Assembly (NCBI GenBank): GCA_021208605.1
Contig: JAJOJK010000003.1
Location: 73,481 to 137,480, forward strand
Direction: 5' to 3'
Source: Candidatus Woesebacteria bacterium
Lineage (GTDB): Bacteria; Patescibacteriota; Microgenomatia; UBA1400; UBA1396
Length of the DNA: 64,000 bases
Shown here one piece after another: positions 1 to 10,244 of the stretch; position 1 is the first letter of the stretch; each line of letters starts with the position of its first letter. A model generated the notes under the pieces. The model was not told where the DNA came from. It did not search any database and saw only the letters and a list, made by a program, of their open reading frames with translations. A program made the position numbers and the translations under genes.

Positions 1-1130
1 ACCCACTTCCCACTCTCATCGCGATATGATAAGGCTGGAAGTCCACCCATAGCATCTCTCCAAAATTTAATGTCAAAATCCCCTCCGTCGGGTGGAGTGT
101 TTTCAGCAATACCTTCCAAGGAATTATTTCCGCCTTGAGTTACGTATTTATGAGTCTTTTCTTGAATTTTTTTAAGTGCTTCTATATCTCGCTCTAACCG
201 TTCAATGGTTTGATTAGCAATTTCAATCTCCAGAGGATCTTTAAGATTTTCCTTCATCTGAACATAAAAATTTTCAATATTATAATCTTCACGACGAATA
301 CCTTCTCCGCGAATAGTAGCTCCACCGATGAACGGATAGCCTAAGGTTCCAGCAGTTTCTTCAAAAGATTTCCACATCATTCCAAGAGGAACCGATAAGT
401 AAATGGATCGTAGCATTTCATATCGACGCTCTAAAGCCTCTCTTCTTTCAGCCTCACCCATTTCTGGACTTGGTAACGGCATATGCTCATGAGCACCAAT
501 CGTTGTTGTCACCATCCATTTCTCAAAATCATTTCGAGGATGGAAAGAACCGTCTATTTTTTCTGGATTTTTACGACGTTCTAATTCTGCAAAAGCCCGT
601 GAACGAGATTCAAAAGGTTGCAGTAATTTGCTCAAAAGAGTTTGCTCAACAATAAGTTGTCGCAAAACATCATCAGTATATCTTGAACGTGGTAAGAAAA
701 GAGCTTTTTCTGCTTGGACTTCTGATTCGGCCTCTTGAATTTTTTGTCGTACTATAGCCCTGCGTGTCTGCAAAAGAGGATAAAAAGAACTTGCTAGATC
801 GACAAGCTGACTACGTAATTCTCTTTTTTCTGAGACATCATCGCTATTAAGAATTTTAGTGTTAAGCGTTTCCATTTTGCTCAGTGAGCGAATAATGTTA
901 ACCAATTCTTGACTATAAGAAATGCTCCCTTCAGTTAGAACATTCTTTAAAACTTCACGGACATCAAGATCTTTAGTCAATTCAGGAATAATTTTTAAAA
1001 TTTCTTCTAAACCAGGAGCTTCTGATTCGGTTACTTCTAGACTGCTATCAGTCATGACATTCCGGTACCGCCCTGAAAGGGCGTCTACTATCTGTTGAGA
1101 AGCTGAATTACGTTCTCCTGACATTGCCAT
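1..1130 (-). CDS. Hypothetical protein, runs off the left edge; probable frameshift near its 5' end
   Basis: Minus frame open from ATG at 1055 to the window edge (MTDSSLEVTESEAPGLEEILK...). An upstream ATG at 1130, preceded by TGaTAGAAT, is in another frame and stops after 25 codons. Confidence 0.65.
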   Translation of the reverse strand, partial: MAMSGERNSASQQIVDALSGRYRNVMTDSSLEVTESEAPGLEEILKIIPELTKDLDVREVLKNVLTEGSISYSQELVNIIRSLSKMETLNTKILNSDDVSEKRELRSQLVDLASSFYPLLQTRRAIVRQKIQEAESEVQAEKALFLPRSRYTDDVLRQLIVEQTLLSKLLQPFESRSRAFAELERRKNPEKIDGSFHPRNDFEKWMVTTTIGAHEHMPLPSPEMGEAERREALERRYEMLRSIYLSVPLGMMWKSFEETAGTLGYPFIGGATIRGEGIRREDYNIENFYVQMKENLKDPLEIEIANQTIERLERDIEALKKIQEKTHKYVTQGGNNSLEGIAENTPPDGGDFDIKFWRDAMGGLPALSYRDESGKW

Positions 1131-1159
1131 AACTATATTCTATCAGAAAGTCTTTTACT

Positions 1160-1975
1160 CTATTCAGCAGTTTCAGAAGAAACTTTTATTTTTTTCAATT
1201 GATTATCCATTTGATCAACAATAGTTCTTGTAAAAACAATGGAGTCAGGTCTCACTGAACCTTCATTTCCATACATTACAGTGCTCAAAATTCGTGCAAA
1301 CTGCTGTTTATATTTTACCAATTGTTCAGCAGAATCTTGAGTAGCCTCTTCAGGAAGAATCCGTTTCAGCGTTGTGTCGTGTTTACTTTTAACTTCTTTT
1401 AAGGCACTTTCAGAATTTATTGTTACGCCATACAGCGTCCCAAAGAAAGTTTTGCTCTTTTGTTCATCATCAAATACAGACTCTAAGAGGAATTGAAGGT
1501 CTTGTTCTTTTGTTAGACTCTCGCTTTGTTCGTAATATGCTCCCGAATGTGAGGATCCTCGATATCTATCCACAGCAAAAACAACATCAATAAGAGTTAT
1601 CATGGAATTTTCAACTTCATTCCCAAGTAATTTATCAATTTCTAAAGCGAGTTCTTTTTGATCTCTAAGCGATTCCTCGTCATATTCTGACATAACTTCT
1701 GCTGAATTGATTTCTTCTTGTTCTGCAGATTCTGACTCACTCAGGGAGTCTTTTACCATTTGTCCCAAAACAATGTCTATAGAAAGATTCTCTGCCAAAA
1801 CTAATTCCATCCACTCTTTAATCTCTTCTGGATCTTCCATGTTAATGGTCTCTGGTATTTCTATATTCTCTATAGCTTGGGGAATAAATTTTTGTATAGC
1901 TTCAACTGCTGTTGATAAAGAATGTTCTTTTGAATTTCGGAAGAGCAACATTGTAACTTCCGAGTATTTTTCCAC
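1160..1975 (-). CDS. Hypothetical acidic, helical protein
   Basis: 271-aa AT-rich ORF, co-oriented with neighbours; no recognised motif. Confidence 0.7.
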   Translation of the reverse strand: MEKYSEVTMLLFRNSKEHSLSTAVEAIQKFIPQAIENIEIPETINMEDPEEIKEWMELVLAENLSIDIVLGQMVKDSLSESESAEQEEINSAEVMSEYDEESLRDQKELALEIDKLLGNEVENSMITLIDVVFAVDRYRGSSHSGAYYEQSESLTKEQDLQFLLESVFDDEQKSKTFFGTLYGVTINSESALKEVKSKHDTTLKRILPEEATQDSAEQLVKYKQQFARILSTVMYGNEGSVRPDSIVFTRTIVDQMDNQLKKIKVSSETAE

Positions 1976-1996
1976 TATTTTTTTTTGTATAACTAT

Positions 1997-2420
1997 CTAC
2001 TTGCTTAAGTTGTTCTTCGATTGAATCACTCCCAAAATGTCAGTAAAAAGAGTTGGATTATTTTCGACGACTGCCTTCTGAAATATATGAAGATCAGCAA
2101 GAGTTCGTGGAGCTTCCATTCCGATCACTTCTGCCAGTCTATCTATCTGATCTTTATAAAACCCTGTGAGTGCTTGCACTTTTTTAATTTCAACTTGTTC
2201 TTCAGAAAGAATTTCGTTTTTAGATTGTTCTGCTACTTCGGAGAGCGCTGCCTGTTTTCCTGTCTGCCAACTCTGCTCTAGATGCAACTATAAACTGTTT
2301 ATCTACGTCTGTTGCCAGAGATGAAAGCTCCTCTACAGTTTCAGTTTCTTCCAACGGATTTGTAGAAATTTCATTAACTTCAGAAAATTCTGCGGCTGCA
2401 GCGGGAGATGGCATTGTCAT
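1997..2420 (-). CDS. Hypothetical protein split by a 1-nt frameshift
   Basis: ORFs 2220..2420 and 1997..2287 join as ...ELADRK/QAALSEVAEQ if one base is removed from the 4-T run near 2255. Confidence 0.55.
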
Positions 2421-2459
2421 GGTGAGTACAGGATAGCATAGAATTGTTTAAAGAAAGAA

Positions 2460-2487
2460 AAAGCGGCTTCTTAAAGAAACCGCTTTT
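2460..2487. terminator. Intrinsic terminator-like hairpin
   Basis: AAAAGCGG-cttcttaaagaaa-CCGCTTTT just downstream of the minus-strand ORF ending at 2507. Confidence 0.6.
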
Positions 2488-2506
2488 AAATTTCGTGAGA
2501 GGTATG

Positions 2507-3268
2507 TCAGATTCCGCGAAGTTCTCGATCCTTTCCATAAGACCATCCGTCTTTTGATTTCCAAATAAAGGAAAGATCTTTTGCCTTCTCCAGCTGAGCT
2601 AAAACACTCACCGGATGAAAGCCCAGTACAAACAGATTGTAAGCCCGAATGTATAACTCATGACTTACTTCTTTCGGAAAAACTGTTAAACGGAAACCAC
2701 CTAATTCATCCTCCCATTGAATAGAAGCTGAATGCGATACTCGAACATGTAAAACATCTGACGGGATAGATAACTCAACGGCAATTCCCGTTTGAATTAA
2801 TCTATCTTTCCCGTACTTCAGTTCCGCTGAAAACCACGGATGACGAATCTCCATAGAAACCGGGTTTTCGTGTCCTGGTAGAGACCACTCATCGGCTACA
2901 TAGTTATAGCGATAGTCAAGAAAATTGAGCCAATCGACATGCTCTACTCCTTGATCGTTCGCCAGCTGAACTTGTCCAGTACTATGTACGTCTGGAAGTC
3001 CTGGCCAGACCAACAAAACATTCTTAACAGAGAAGTCCGCAAGGCCAGAAAACAATACTTGATTGCCCCTGGCATTGTAGAGACGGGGTTTCTTACGATA
3101 AACCGCTTCATAGAAACCATAAACTGGCCATTGCTCAGTTCCACGGATAAGAACTTCTTTAACATCCCTAGTGTGACTATTCGTTCCTTTGCGAACACCC
3201 TTTAGGGTATTCAATAACTGAATTGACACTTCCCAACCTGTACCTTTTTTCACGATCTCGTCACTCAT
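2507..3268 (-). CDS. Hypothetical protein
   Basis: Long ORF; likely start MSDEIVKKG with AAGGAG upstream. Confidence 0.7.
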   Translation of the reverse strand: MSDEIVKKGTGWEVSIQLLNTLKGVRKGTNSHTRDVKEVLIRGTEQWPVYGFYEAVYRKKPRLYNARGNQVLFSGLADFSVKNVLLVWPGLPDVHSTGQVQLANDQGVEHVDWLNFLDYRYNYVADEWSLPGHENPVSMEIRHPWFSAELKYGKDRLIQTGIAVELSIPSDVLHVRVSHSASIQWEDELGGFRLTVFPKEVSHELYIRAYNLFVLGFHPVSVLAQLEKAKDLSFIWKSKDGWSYGKDRELRGI

Positions 3269-3391
3269 TTTTTCGCTCCTTGAAATAGAGAGTGAATACG
3301 ATTTTAATATTATAGGATATAAATGCATTTTTGTCCATTCTCATCCCCCCTCCTTCCCCCTCCCACCAAAACCCGCTATGATACCTTTCCC

Positions 3392-5344
3392 ATGGCGTTT
3401 TCTTTTGTGCATCAGTCTTGGCAGTCAGCAGAACTTCGAGACAGACAATTGTTGCCGTCCCGCGAATCGCGCCGGCAGAATTCTGCCACAACTTCGCTCT
3501 CCATCCACGGCGGCATCAAGCATTGGCTGCGCGAAATGGTTCAGCAGCGCCAGGCTCGCCAGAGAAACACCGCCGAACAAACAACTCATTCCTCCCAATC
3601 CCAAAACACAGAATTAGCGAGTAACTTTCGTCTTATCGACGTCCTCACTTCTCTCAGCCAACGTGTACTTGAGAATCCAAAAATACTAGCCAAAGACTCG
3701 CCGGAGCGCTTCCAGCTGGAGGCCATGATGCGCGAGCAAATCCAGGCGTTTGTGGCTGAGCAGCTCGGTCTGCCGTATCACTCCTACGCCAACGAAGTCG
3801 ACTTGGGCAAATGGGTGAGTGACAACACGCTCGAAACCTTCCACCCCAAATACGCCGACACCGAAACGCGCGGTGACCTCCTCAACATGGCGCGTAAAGC
3901 GGCCACGGTCAACACGGGTGCCGAAGGTGACCGCTATCGCCGCGAACAAACACAACTCGAGGTGCTGTACCACGAAAAACTCACGGCCGAACTCACCAAC
4001 TGGCAAAACGAATCCACCTGGACACCCACCACGGCCGGAAATCTGCTTTCCGAAAATGTCCGCACGGAATATGGACTCACCAATCAAGAAGAAATCATTT
4101 ATGTCGGCAAAAAATACGCCTTGGCTATGCCCGAAAACTCGCAAGTATACCCAGAAGGCAAAGCGTACACGAACCTGCACCAACTGGTCTACATCCCTAG
4201 CCAAAACCGCGTTCTCTTGCTGATTGAACAGTGGTTCGACGAACACACCTACAATGACCAAGCCTTCATCTTAAATTCTTGGGAAGAAGACGCCATTCCT
4301 GACAGCGTCATGCTAACCGAAGATATTTTGATGTCGACCTTGGTTACGCTCCCCTCTGAAGTGCAAACAAGTCCTGCTTTTGAAGTCTTCGCAAATATGG
4401 CTCGCCAGCTCGACGCCAACCAGCAAGACACACAGTTCCGCCTCAACCAGCAAGCTCGCTTGGGTCTCCTTCATGCCAACAAAACCTCCATGCACCAGGC
4501 CGCCACTTTTTTAACACAGGTGCTTATCACCGAGTATTTAGTATGTCTGGAGTATCCGGAAGCCCTTTCTGATCTCTCGGCCCGACTCTGGGGCGCCTAC
4601 GAAATGATGGCGCATCCATTTTTAAGCGGTCACCACTTTATCTACGAGGCCACCTTGAAAAGTTACATGGACGGCTACCTCGGTCAATGGATTCACGCTA
4701 CCGCGCACCTACACTCACCCCAACTTAGCAACAGCCAGCTTGCCAACAGAGAACGTCGCCAAACCATCCACCGGCGCATTGAACAGCAGCTGCACCGTCG
4801 TTCCGCCCAAGAACAGCACCACCTCACCTCCCAACAAAAAGAACAGCGTAACTCTGCCCTGCAGCTTTTGGCCAACAATGGCTACACCAACATTTTGCAG
4901 CGCGTGGCGTCGGAAGCATGGTGCGCCACGGGTAACGTGGGCGGACTCACCCAAGTCTCACAAACTCTTAATTCGAGTTTGGGTCAATCGGTTATGAACG
5001 GACATTTCGTTAATATGAACGAACTCAGCCAGCTAATAGGACAGGATCGCGCAGAAAAATGGCAGATGGGCGTTTGCGAAAATCCCAACTGTCCCCGTGG
5101 TACTGTCACCCAGCTTGTCGGCGAGTGCGGATTTTGTATTCACTGCGAACTCCTCTCCCAAAGCGGACAAGAACTCACCAAACGCGGCGAACATGCTGAC
5201 TCTGATCTCGCGCGCCTCAACCAATTCGCCAAACAGCCGTTTCTCAACCCAGATGATGTTTCCAACTACTACCGCCGTCATTTAAAAATCGGCGTGGATA
5301 TACTGCCCACCTATCTTTTAGCCGGCGAGCAGGTTTTACGCTAA
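3392..5344 (+). CDS. Hypothetical protein with C-terminal Cys-rich putative zinc finger
   Basis: About 650 aa; CENPNC...ECGFCIHCE; TATGAT just upstream of ATG 3392. Confidence 0.8.
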   Translation: MAFSFVHQSWQSAELRDRQLLPSRESRRQNSATTSLSIHGGIKHWLREMVQQRQARQRNTAEQTTHSSQSQNTELASNFRLIDVLTSLSQRVLENPKILAKDSPERFQLEAMMREQIQAFVAEQLGLPYHSYANEVDLGKWVSDNTLETFHPKYADTETRGDLLNMARKAATVNTGAEGDRYRREQTQLEVLYHEKLTAELTNWQNESTWTPTTAGNLLSENVRTEYGLTNQEEIIYVGKKYALAMPENSQVYPEGKAYTNLHQLVYIPSQNRVLLLIEQWFDEHTYNDQAFILNSWEEDAIPDSVMLTEDILMSTLVTLPSEVQTSPAFEVFANMARQLDANQQDTQFRLNQQARLGLLHANKTSMHQAATFLTQVLITEYLVCLEYPEALSDLSARLWGAYEMMAHPFLSGHHFIYEATLKSYMDGYLGQWIHATAHLHSPQLSNSQLANRERRQTIHRRIEQQLHRRSAQEQHHLTSQQKEQRNSALQLLANNGYTNILQRVASEAWCATGNVGGLTQVSQTLNSSLGQSVMNGHFVNMNELSQLIGQDRAEKWQMGVCENPNCPRGTVTQLVGECGFCIHCELLSQSGQELTKRGEHADSDLARLNQFAKQPFLNPDDVSNYYRRHLKIGVDILPTYLLAGEQVLR

Positions 5345-5351
5345 TATTTCG

Positions 5352-5512
5352 AGGGGATGTTTTTTATTTCTTTGGGAGGCTCTAGTCGCCGAAAGAAAAG
5401 TGGTGGTAACCGTTGATGAGGCGACTAGCGAAGTCGCACTCGACTCAGACAAAACTCTTACCTAAAAAACCAACTAGTGCGACGTCTCCTAAAGAAAGAA
5501 AAAACATCCCCT
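5352..5512 (+). other. Structured element with 29-bp terminal inverted repeat upstream of dnaA (candidate ncRNA or MITE)
   Basis: 5352-5380 pairs with 5484-5512 (26/29 Watson-Crick plus two G-U on +). Internal stems CTAGTCGCC/GGCGACTAG and GTCGCACT/AGTGCGAC. Confidence 0.6.
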
Positions 5513-5519
5513 TTACAGT

Positions 5520-5549
5520 TGTGGATAAACCACAGTATAGTGTGGAAAA
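5520..5549. promoter_or_regulatory. DnaA boxes upstream of dnaA
   Basis: TGTGGATAA (perfect box) at 5520-5528; TGTGGAAAA at 5541-5549. Confidence 0.8.
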
Positions 5550-5587
5550 GTTCCAAATTCTGCCCTGGAAAGCCTTTGTAGGAAAGT

Positions 5588-7195
5588 ATGTCAACGCTGC
5601 AACCAGATCTGGTGTGGGCCGATGTTTTGCGCTCACTTTCAAAATCGATGTCACCATCGACGTTTTCCACGTTTGTAAAGCCGTTGTCGATATCCTCCAT
5701 TGAAGAAGTTGGTGAAGACCGCGCCATTATTCGCTTCCAAGCCGCCAGTCCCTACGTCGCCCAACAAGCCGAGATGCGCTGTTACGCGCAGCTCAAACAA
5801 GCGGTCGATGAATCAACGCAAAAAAAATGCGATCTCACCTTTGTCAGTGCAGCCGAAAATGCGGTACCAACATCTCCAGAACCAGAACAACCAGTCGCGT
5901 CCGCAGCAGAACCACCGTTTCACCAACCGCAGACCCAACCACAACCGAGCCAAGCCAACGGCCCACTCGCTGACTCTATCCACAATGCTTCATTCCAAAG
6001 CCTGAACGACAAAGCTCCGTCCAACAACTTCATTCCGCCTACACAAACTTCCGCACCGCGCCGTCCGCAGTCAAACACGCACTCCGCGCCACAAAATGCC
6101 GCGCCGTCGCTGTTCTCCATGAACCAAATCAAAATGCCGACGGTGGATCGCTACAAGCTCGCCGCCCAAAAAGCCCACCTCCGCGAAGACTACAACTTCG
6201 ACACCTTCGCCGTCTCTGGCTCCAATGAAATGGCCTATGCCGCCGCCCAAGCCGTGGCGCAGTCTCCGGGGTCAGTCTACAACCCGCTGTTTATTTGGGG
6301 TGGAGTTGGCGTAGGGAAAACGCACTTAATGCAGTCGATTGGCAACGTCATTTTGAAAGCCAACCCAGACACTCCGCTCACCTACTGCATGGGCGAAGAA
6401 TTTTTGAACGAGATTATTTCCGCAATTAGAAACAAGAAAACGATCGAGTTCAAAGAAAAATACCGTCAACTCAAAGTTCTCCTCATTGACGACATTCAGT
6501 TTATTGCCGGCAAAGACACCGCCCAGGAAGAATTTTTCCATACATTTAACGCCATCACACGCGCCGGCGGACAAATTATCATGACCTCGGACCGACCACC
6601 GCACGAGATCCATCCTTTAGAAGATCGCTTGCGCTCTCGTTTTGAAGGTGGACTCACTATTGATATTCAGCAGCCCACTTTTGAACTCCGCACCGCGATT
6701 CTGCTCATTAAGTCACAAAAGATGGGTTTGGATCTCAGTATGGATTTGGCGCAAATGGTGGCAGCCGAAGTGGAAAGCACACGCAAACTAGAAGGCGTAG
6801 TGTTTAAGATTCATAGTGCCCATCGTTTCCGCAATCGCCCACTGGATCAGAATTTGATTCGCGAAGTTTTAGGCGAAGAATCTAGACCAGTCATCGCGAA
6901 GAAAAAACTGAAGCCTTCGGCCATCATGCGAGCGGTCACCTCTCATTTTCACATTAGTGCCAATACGCTGCGCGGAAATTCGCGTAAAAAGGACTACGTC
7001 ACCGCACGCCACATTGCTATGTTTTTAATGAAAAAAGAACTCGACTTGCCGTATACCGAAATCGGCAACAATTTCGGCGGTCGGGATCATTCTTCCGTGA
7101 TGCATGCGGTCAGCAAAATCGAGCAACGACTAGAAGCAGATGCTCCACTGAGCCAAGATGTTTCAGCTATTCGGGTGTCTCTCTCAAGTTTGTGA
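5588..7195 (+). CDS. dnaA: Chromosomal replication initiator DnaA
   Basis: YNPLFIWGGVGVGKTHL, LLIDDIQF, QEEFFHTFN, RLRSRF, FGGRDHSSVMHA; long Pro/Gln-rich domain II. Confidence 0.99.
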   Translation: MSTLQPDLVWADVLRSLSKSMSPSTFSTFVKPLSISSIEEVGEDRAIIRFQAASPYVAQQAEMRCYAQLKQAVDESTQKKCDLTFVSAAENAVPTSPEPEQPVASAAEPPFHQPQTQPQPSQANGPLADSIHNASFQSLNDKAPSNNFIPPTQTSAPRRPQSNTHSAPQNAAPSLFSMNQIKMPTVDRYKLAAQKAHLREDYNFDTFAVSGSNEMAYAAAQAVAQSPGSVYNPLFIWGGVGVGKTHLMQSIGNVILKANPDTPLTYCMGEEFLNEIISAIRNKKTIEFKEKYRQLKVLLIDDIQFIAGKDTAQEEFFHTFNAITRAGGQIIMTSDRPPHEIHPLEDRLRSRFEGGLTIDIQQPTFELRTAILLIKSQKMGLDLSMDLAQMVAAEVESTRKLEGVVFKIHSAHRFRNRPLDQNLIREVLGEESRPVIAKKKLKPSAIMRAVTSHFHISANTLRGNSRKKDYVTARHIAMFLMKKELDLPYTEIGNNFGGRDHSSVMHAVSKIEQRLEADAPLSQDVSAIRVSLSSL

Positions 7196-7225
7196 TATTT
7201 ATTTTCTATAGGATATAATATCCCG

Positions 7226-7675
7226 ATGAAAAAAGAGATTTCATCTCTCCAGACATCTAAGGATAAACATCTTGCAGTCATTCTTGTACAAGGTGGAGTT
7301 TTTCTTGCACTGCTCGGCATTTCTCTTGCCTCGTTTGATAAGCGAGTGTCTCGCCTTTTAAAAGAACGAGCGAACGGGTTCTGCGATGGCTGTAAGGAAC
7401 ATGTTGGAAAAGAAAACCTTATAGCCTCCCACCTCATTCACGGCGTCAAAAATAATAGTCCTGAAAATGGAAGAGCTCTCTGCCCCTATTGTGAAGCTGA
7501 GTATCACTTATCACATGTCGGGAATGCCCAATCCATTGGTCTCAAAGAAAAAGATAACTACTCTGTTTGCTATGGACACGTTCATCAGCTCCCACCATTT
7601 GATCAAGATATTCTCATACAACGCTATTCTGAAAAATGGCAACGCGTCTTGAAAAAACTCGATAAAGATTATTAA
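7226..7675 (+). CDS. HNH-like (CxxC...H...N...CxxC) protein with N-terminal hydrophobic segment
   Basis: CDGC...ASHLIH...NSPENGRALCPYCEAEYH. Confidence 0.65.
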   Translation: MKKEISSLQTSKDKHLAVILVQGGVFLALLGISLASFDKRVSRLLKERANGFCDGCKEHVGKENLIASHLIHGVKNNSPENGRALCPYCEAEYHLSHVGNAQSIGLKEKDNYSVCYGHVHQLPPFDQDILIQRYSEKWQRVLKKLDKDY

Positions 7676-7699
7676 CGTATCAGGTGAATAAAAACAGAC

Positions 7700-7995
7700 T
7701 TTATCCACCGACTCTTCCACAATGTGGATAACTCATGTGTATAAACCCAGGATTTTTGGTGGATAACGTGTGCAAAGGTTTTCCCCATATCCACATTGGG
7801 GTTGTGTCCACACCCCACTTATCCGCTTTTCCAATCTCTTCCCCATTCCATCCACATTGTTTTTCACCACCCGTTCGGTATACTGTACACACGAAACGAA
7901 TCCAAACTAGTCGGCTGGGATTCCCCGGTTTTACACTTATCCCCACGCCTACTACTGCTACTACTATTCTATATATACAAATAAGATATAAGAGA
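7700..7995. other. oriC: DnaA-box cluster, DnaA-trios, AT-rich unwinding element
   Basis: Boxes TTATCCACC 7701, TGTGGATAA 7723, GGTGGATAA 7758, ATATCCACA 7787, TTATCCCCA 7937; then CGCC, TACTACTGCTACTACTAT (7950-7967) and an AT-rich tract, as in the Bacillus basal unwinding system. Confidence 0.93.
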
Positions 7996-8009
7996 GATTG
8001 AGAACATTT

Positions 8010-9116
8010 ATGAAATGCAGAGTTGATCAACCAACACTTCTATCTACTCTTAACGAAGCCAGTCGATTTGTCGCTACCAAAGCTTTGAATCCATCGTTTG
8101 GCGGTATCTTATTGGAAACAGACGAAACCCATTTGAAGATTCGCTCTACTACCGGACAAGCCCTCTATGAAGCCAGACTCTTAGCGCAAATTGAAGAACC
8201 GGGAAAAGTGTTAGTGCCCTCTTCTCTGTTCTTATCGGCAGTGAAGTCTCTGGTGAAAGGGGAAGTCACCCTCGCTGTGGAGAGTGATCACTTACTGATT
8301 CAGCAAAATACGGTGGATTTTACCGTGGCCATCATGTCTTCAGAAGACTTCCCTGATTTTCCTGATCTCGGCAGCACGAAAGAATTTTTACTGCCTACAG
8401 AGAACTTCATGGCCGCTACCGAAAAAATCCTCGTGGCCGCCAGTAAAGACGAAACCAAGCCAGTTTTAACTTCAGTTTTGCTCGAAATGAGTCAACCCAA
8501 CGCTATGGTGACCAGCGATGGTTTCCGCTTGTATCGCTCCAATGTTGATTTGTCGCTCGATATGTCAGAGAACTTGCTGTTACCGGCCCGCTTATTGAAA
8601 GAAGTGCTGCAGATCGTAAAAAAAGCCGGCGAGTCGACGATCAAGTGCTTCTGGGATACTGCATCTGGACAAGTGTTGTTTGAATTGCCAGAAGTGAAGG
8701 TCCAATTGAGCGTAGTTTCCGGCGATTTCCCGCCGTACCGGTCCATTATTCCGGAAAATTCGAGTTTTTCGTTTGTGGTTGATCGCGAGGACTTCATGCA
8801 ACGTTTGCAACAAGTGATGGTTTTGGCCAAAGAACTGTCGAGCATTGTGGTCTTTGAGGCCAAAGATGGACAAATCGAACTCAGCTCACAAAGCAGCGCC
8901 CGCGGAAAATCCCAAGCTCTGCTCTCCCCGCTTTCGGCCGACGGCGAGATTCCTCGCTTTGCCTGTAATGGCACGTATGTACTCGATTTTCTGGGAACCG
9001 TTGACTCTGATTCGATCACCATTACCGGCGTCGACCCACTGAAACCAGTAATCTTTGGAGTCCCCGATGACGCTTCTCTTCTCTACTTGGTGATGCCGTT
9101 TAAGTTGCAGGAGTAG
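8010..9116 (+). CDS. dnaN: DNA polymerase III beta clamp
   Basis: DETKPVLTSV, TSDGFRL, GDFPPYRSIIP, YLVMPFKL; position next to oriC. Confidence 0.97.
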   Translation: MKCRVDQPTLLSTLNEASRFVATKALNPSFGGILLETDETHLKIRSTTGQALYEARLLAQIEEPGKVLVPSSLFLSAVKSLVKGEVTLAVESDHLLIQQNTVDFTVAIMSSEDFPDFPDLGSTKEFLLPTENFMAATEKILVAASKDETKPVLTSVLLEMSQPNAMVTSDGFRLYRSNVDLSLDMSENLLLPARLLKEVLQIVKKAGESTIKCFWDTASGQVLFELPEVKVQLSVVSGDFPPYRSIIPENSSFSFVVDREDFMQRLQQVMVLAKELSSIVVFEAKDGQIELSSQSSARGKSQALLSPLSADGEIPRFACNGTYVLDFLGTVDSDSITITGVDPLKPVIFGVPDDASLLYLVMPFKLQE

Positions 9117-9177
9117 AAGTATTTATTTACCCGTCAGTGTTTTGTAGTATGCTAGCCACCTCAGTAGGAGGGAATAT

Positions 9178-9705
9178 ATGATCAATGCAGTTGAGCAGGA
9201 ACACGCATTAGAGCGGTTAGAGCACATTTTAAAAATGCAAGCCGTGGCAGTATTTTATCTAGTAGGTAATTCAAAAAAAAATGATGAATATAAGCAAGAA
9301 ATACTTGCGAAAATGCAAGAAGTTATCACCGCAACTGCTGAACTCGATCAAGAAACAGAGCCACCACTTGTTCTCCAATTTTCCTGTATAGCAAAAGACC
9401 GGTTTCATATATCGGTAACTGATCCAAATGGAAACGTTCTCTCAAAAGAATTTTCTCCGAATGAGTTATCTGCTTTGTTGTATGCTGGCGTAGGTGGGCA
9501 TTTAGTATTTGATGAAGAGAAATTAAAAGAAACAGTTTCTGAAGAAGATCGCCTTAAGGCTCTCGATCTTCTCCTAGGCATGGTGTATAACTCCAACGAA
9601 ATGGATCCACAAAAAGGTCAGCGAGTTTTTGTGTTGCAGCAAGAACCTGAAGTTTCGAATGACTTGGTTGGCCGAGTTATCACTATGAGCGTAGAGCTCC
9701 GTTAA
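9178..9705 (+). CDS. Hypothetical protein
   Basis: 175 aa with AGGAGG SD. Confidence 0.7.
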   Translation: MINAVEQEHALERLEHILKMQAVAVFYLVGNSKKNDEYKQEILAKMQEVITATAELDQETEPPLVLQFSCIAKDRFHISVTDPNGNVLSKEFSPNELSALLYAGVGGHLVFDEEKLKETVSEEDRLKALDLLLGMVYNSNEMDPQKGQRVFVLQQEPEVSNDLVGRVITMSVELR

Positions 9706-9750
9706 CCTCCCTCTTCAAAAACTCTCAGATAATGCTATAATTCCACTTCT

Positions 9751-9885
9751 ATGAAACGTACATGGCAACCAAAGAAAAAGAAACGCGCTCGAAAGCATGG
9801 CTTTTTGCACCGTATGGCATCCGCCGCTGGTCGCAAGGTCATGAAACGACGTCGTAATCGTGGTCGCAAACGACTTTCTGTTTAG
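9751..9885 (+). CDS. rpmH: 50S ribosomal protein L34
   Basis: [44 protein letters not shown] (below the ORF-track cutoff). Confidence 0.98.
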   Translation: MKRTWQPKKKKRARKHGFLHRMASAAGRKVMKRRRNRGRKRLSV

Positions 9886-9891
9886 TTTTCT

Positions 9892-10227
9892 GTGAAAGAT
9901 CAGAGAAATAAAGAGAGTACGTATTTTCTTCCGAAAAAAAGTGTTCCCGCAATCCTGAAACAAGTTGGTGAAATAGATTCTTGTGATGCGGCTAATAGTC
10001 GACTCATTTTGCACGATATTCTGACCAATGTTGGCCTCATGTTGGGAGGACTTGCCCTTTCGAGTGTGCCAGTTCATGTTATTTCGCTGCTGTATACCGC
10101 GTATGTCGTGCGCAGAATGGCGAAAGCTGAACAGATGAAACGCGACCATTCGCTTTTCACCACTCGTTTATTTCAAGAACTCAATGATTTGAATGACCAT
10201 TCGGCTGATAATCAAAAGTTTCGATAA
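9892..10227 (+). CDS. Hypothetical small membrane protein
   Basis: 111 aa with a hydrophobic hairpin, between rpmH and rnpA. Confidence 0.55.
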   Translation: MKDQRNKESTYFLPKKSVPAILKQVGEIDSCDAANSRLILHDILTNVGLMLGGLALSSVPVHVISLLYTAYVVRRMAKAEQMKRDHSLFTTRLFQELNDLNDHSADNQKFR

Positions 10228-10244
10228 CGAGGTACACTACCAGT

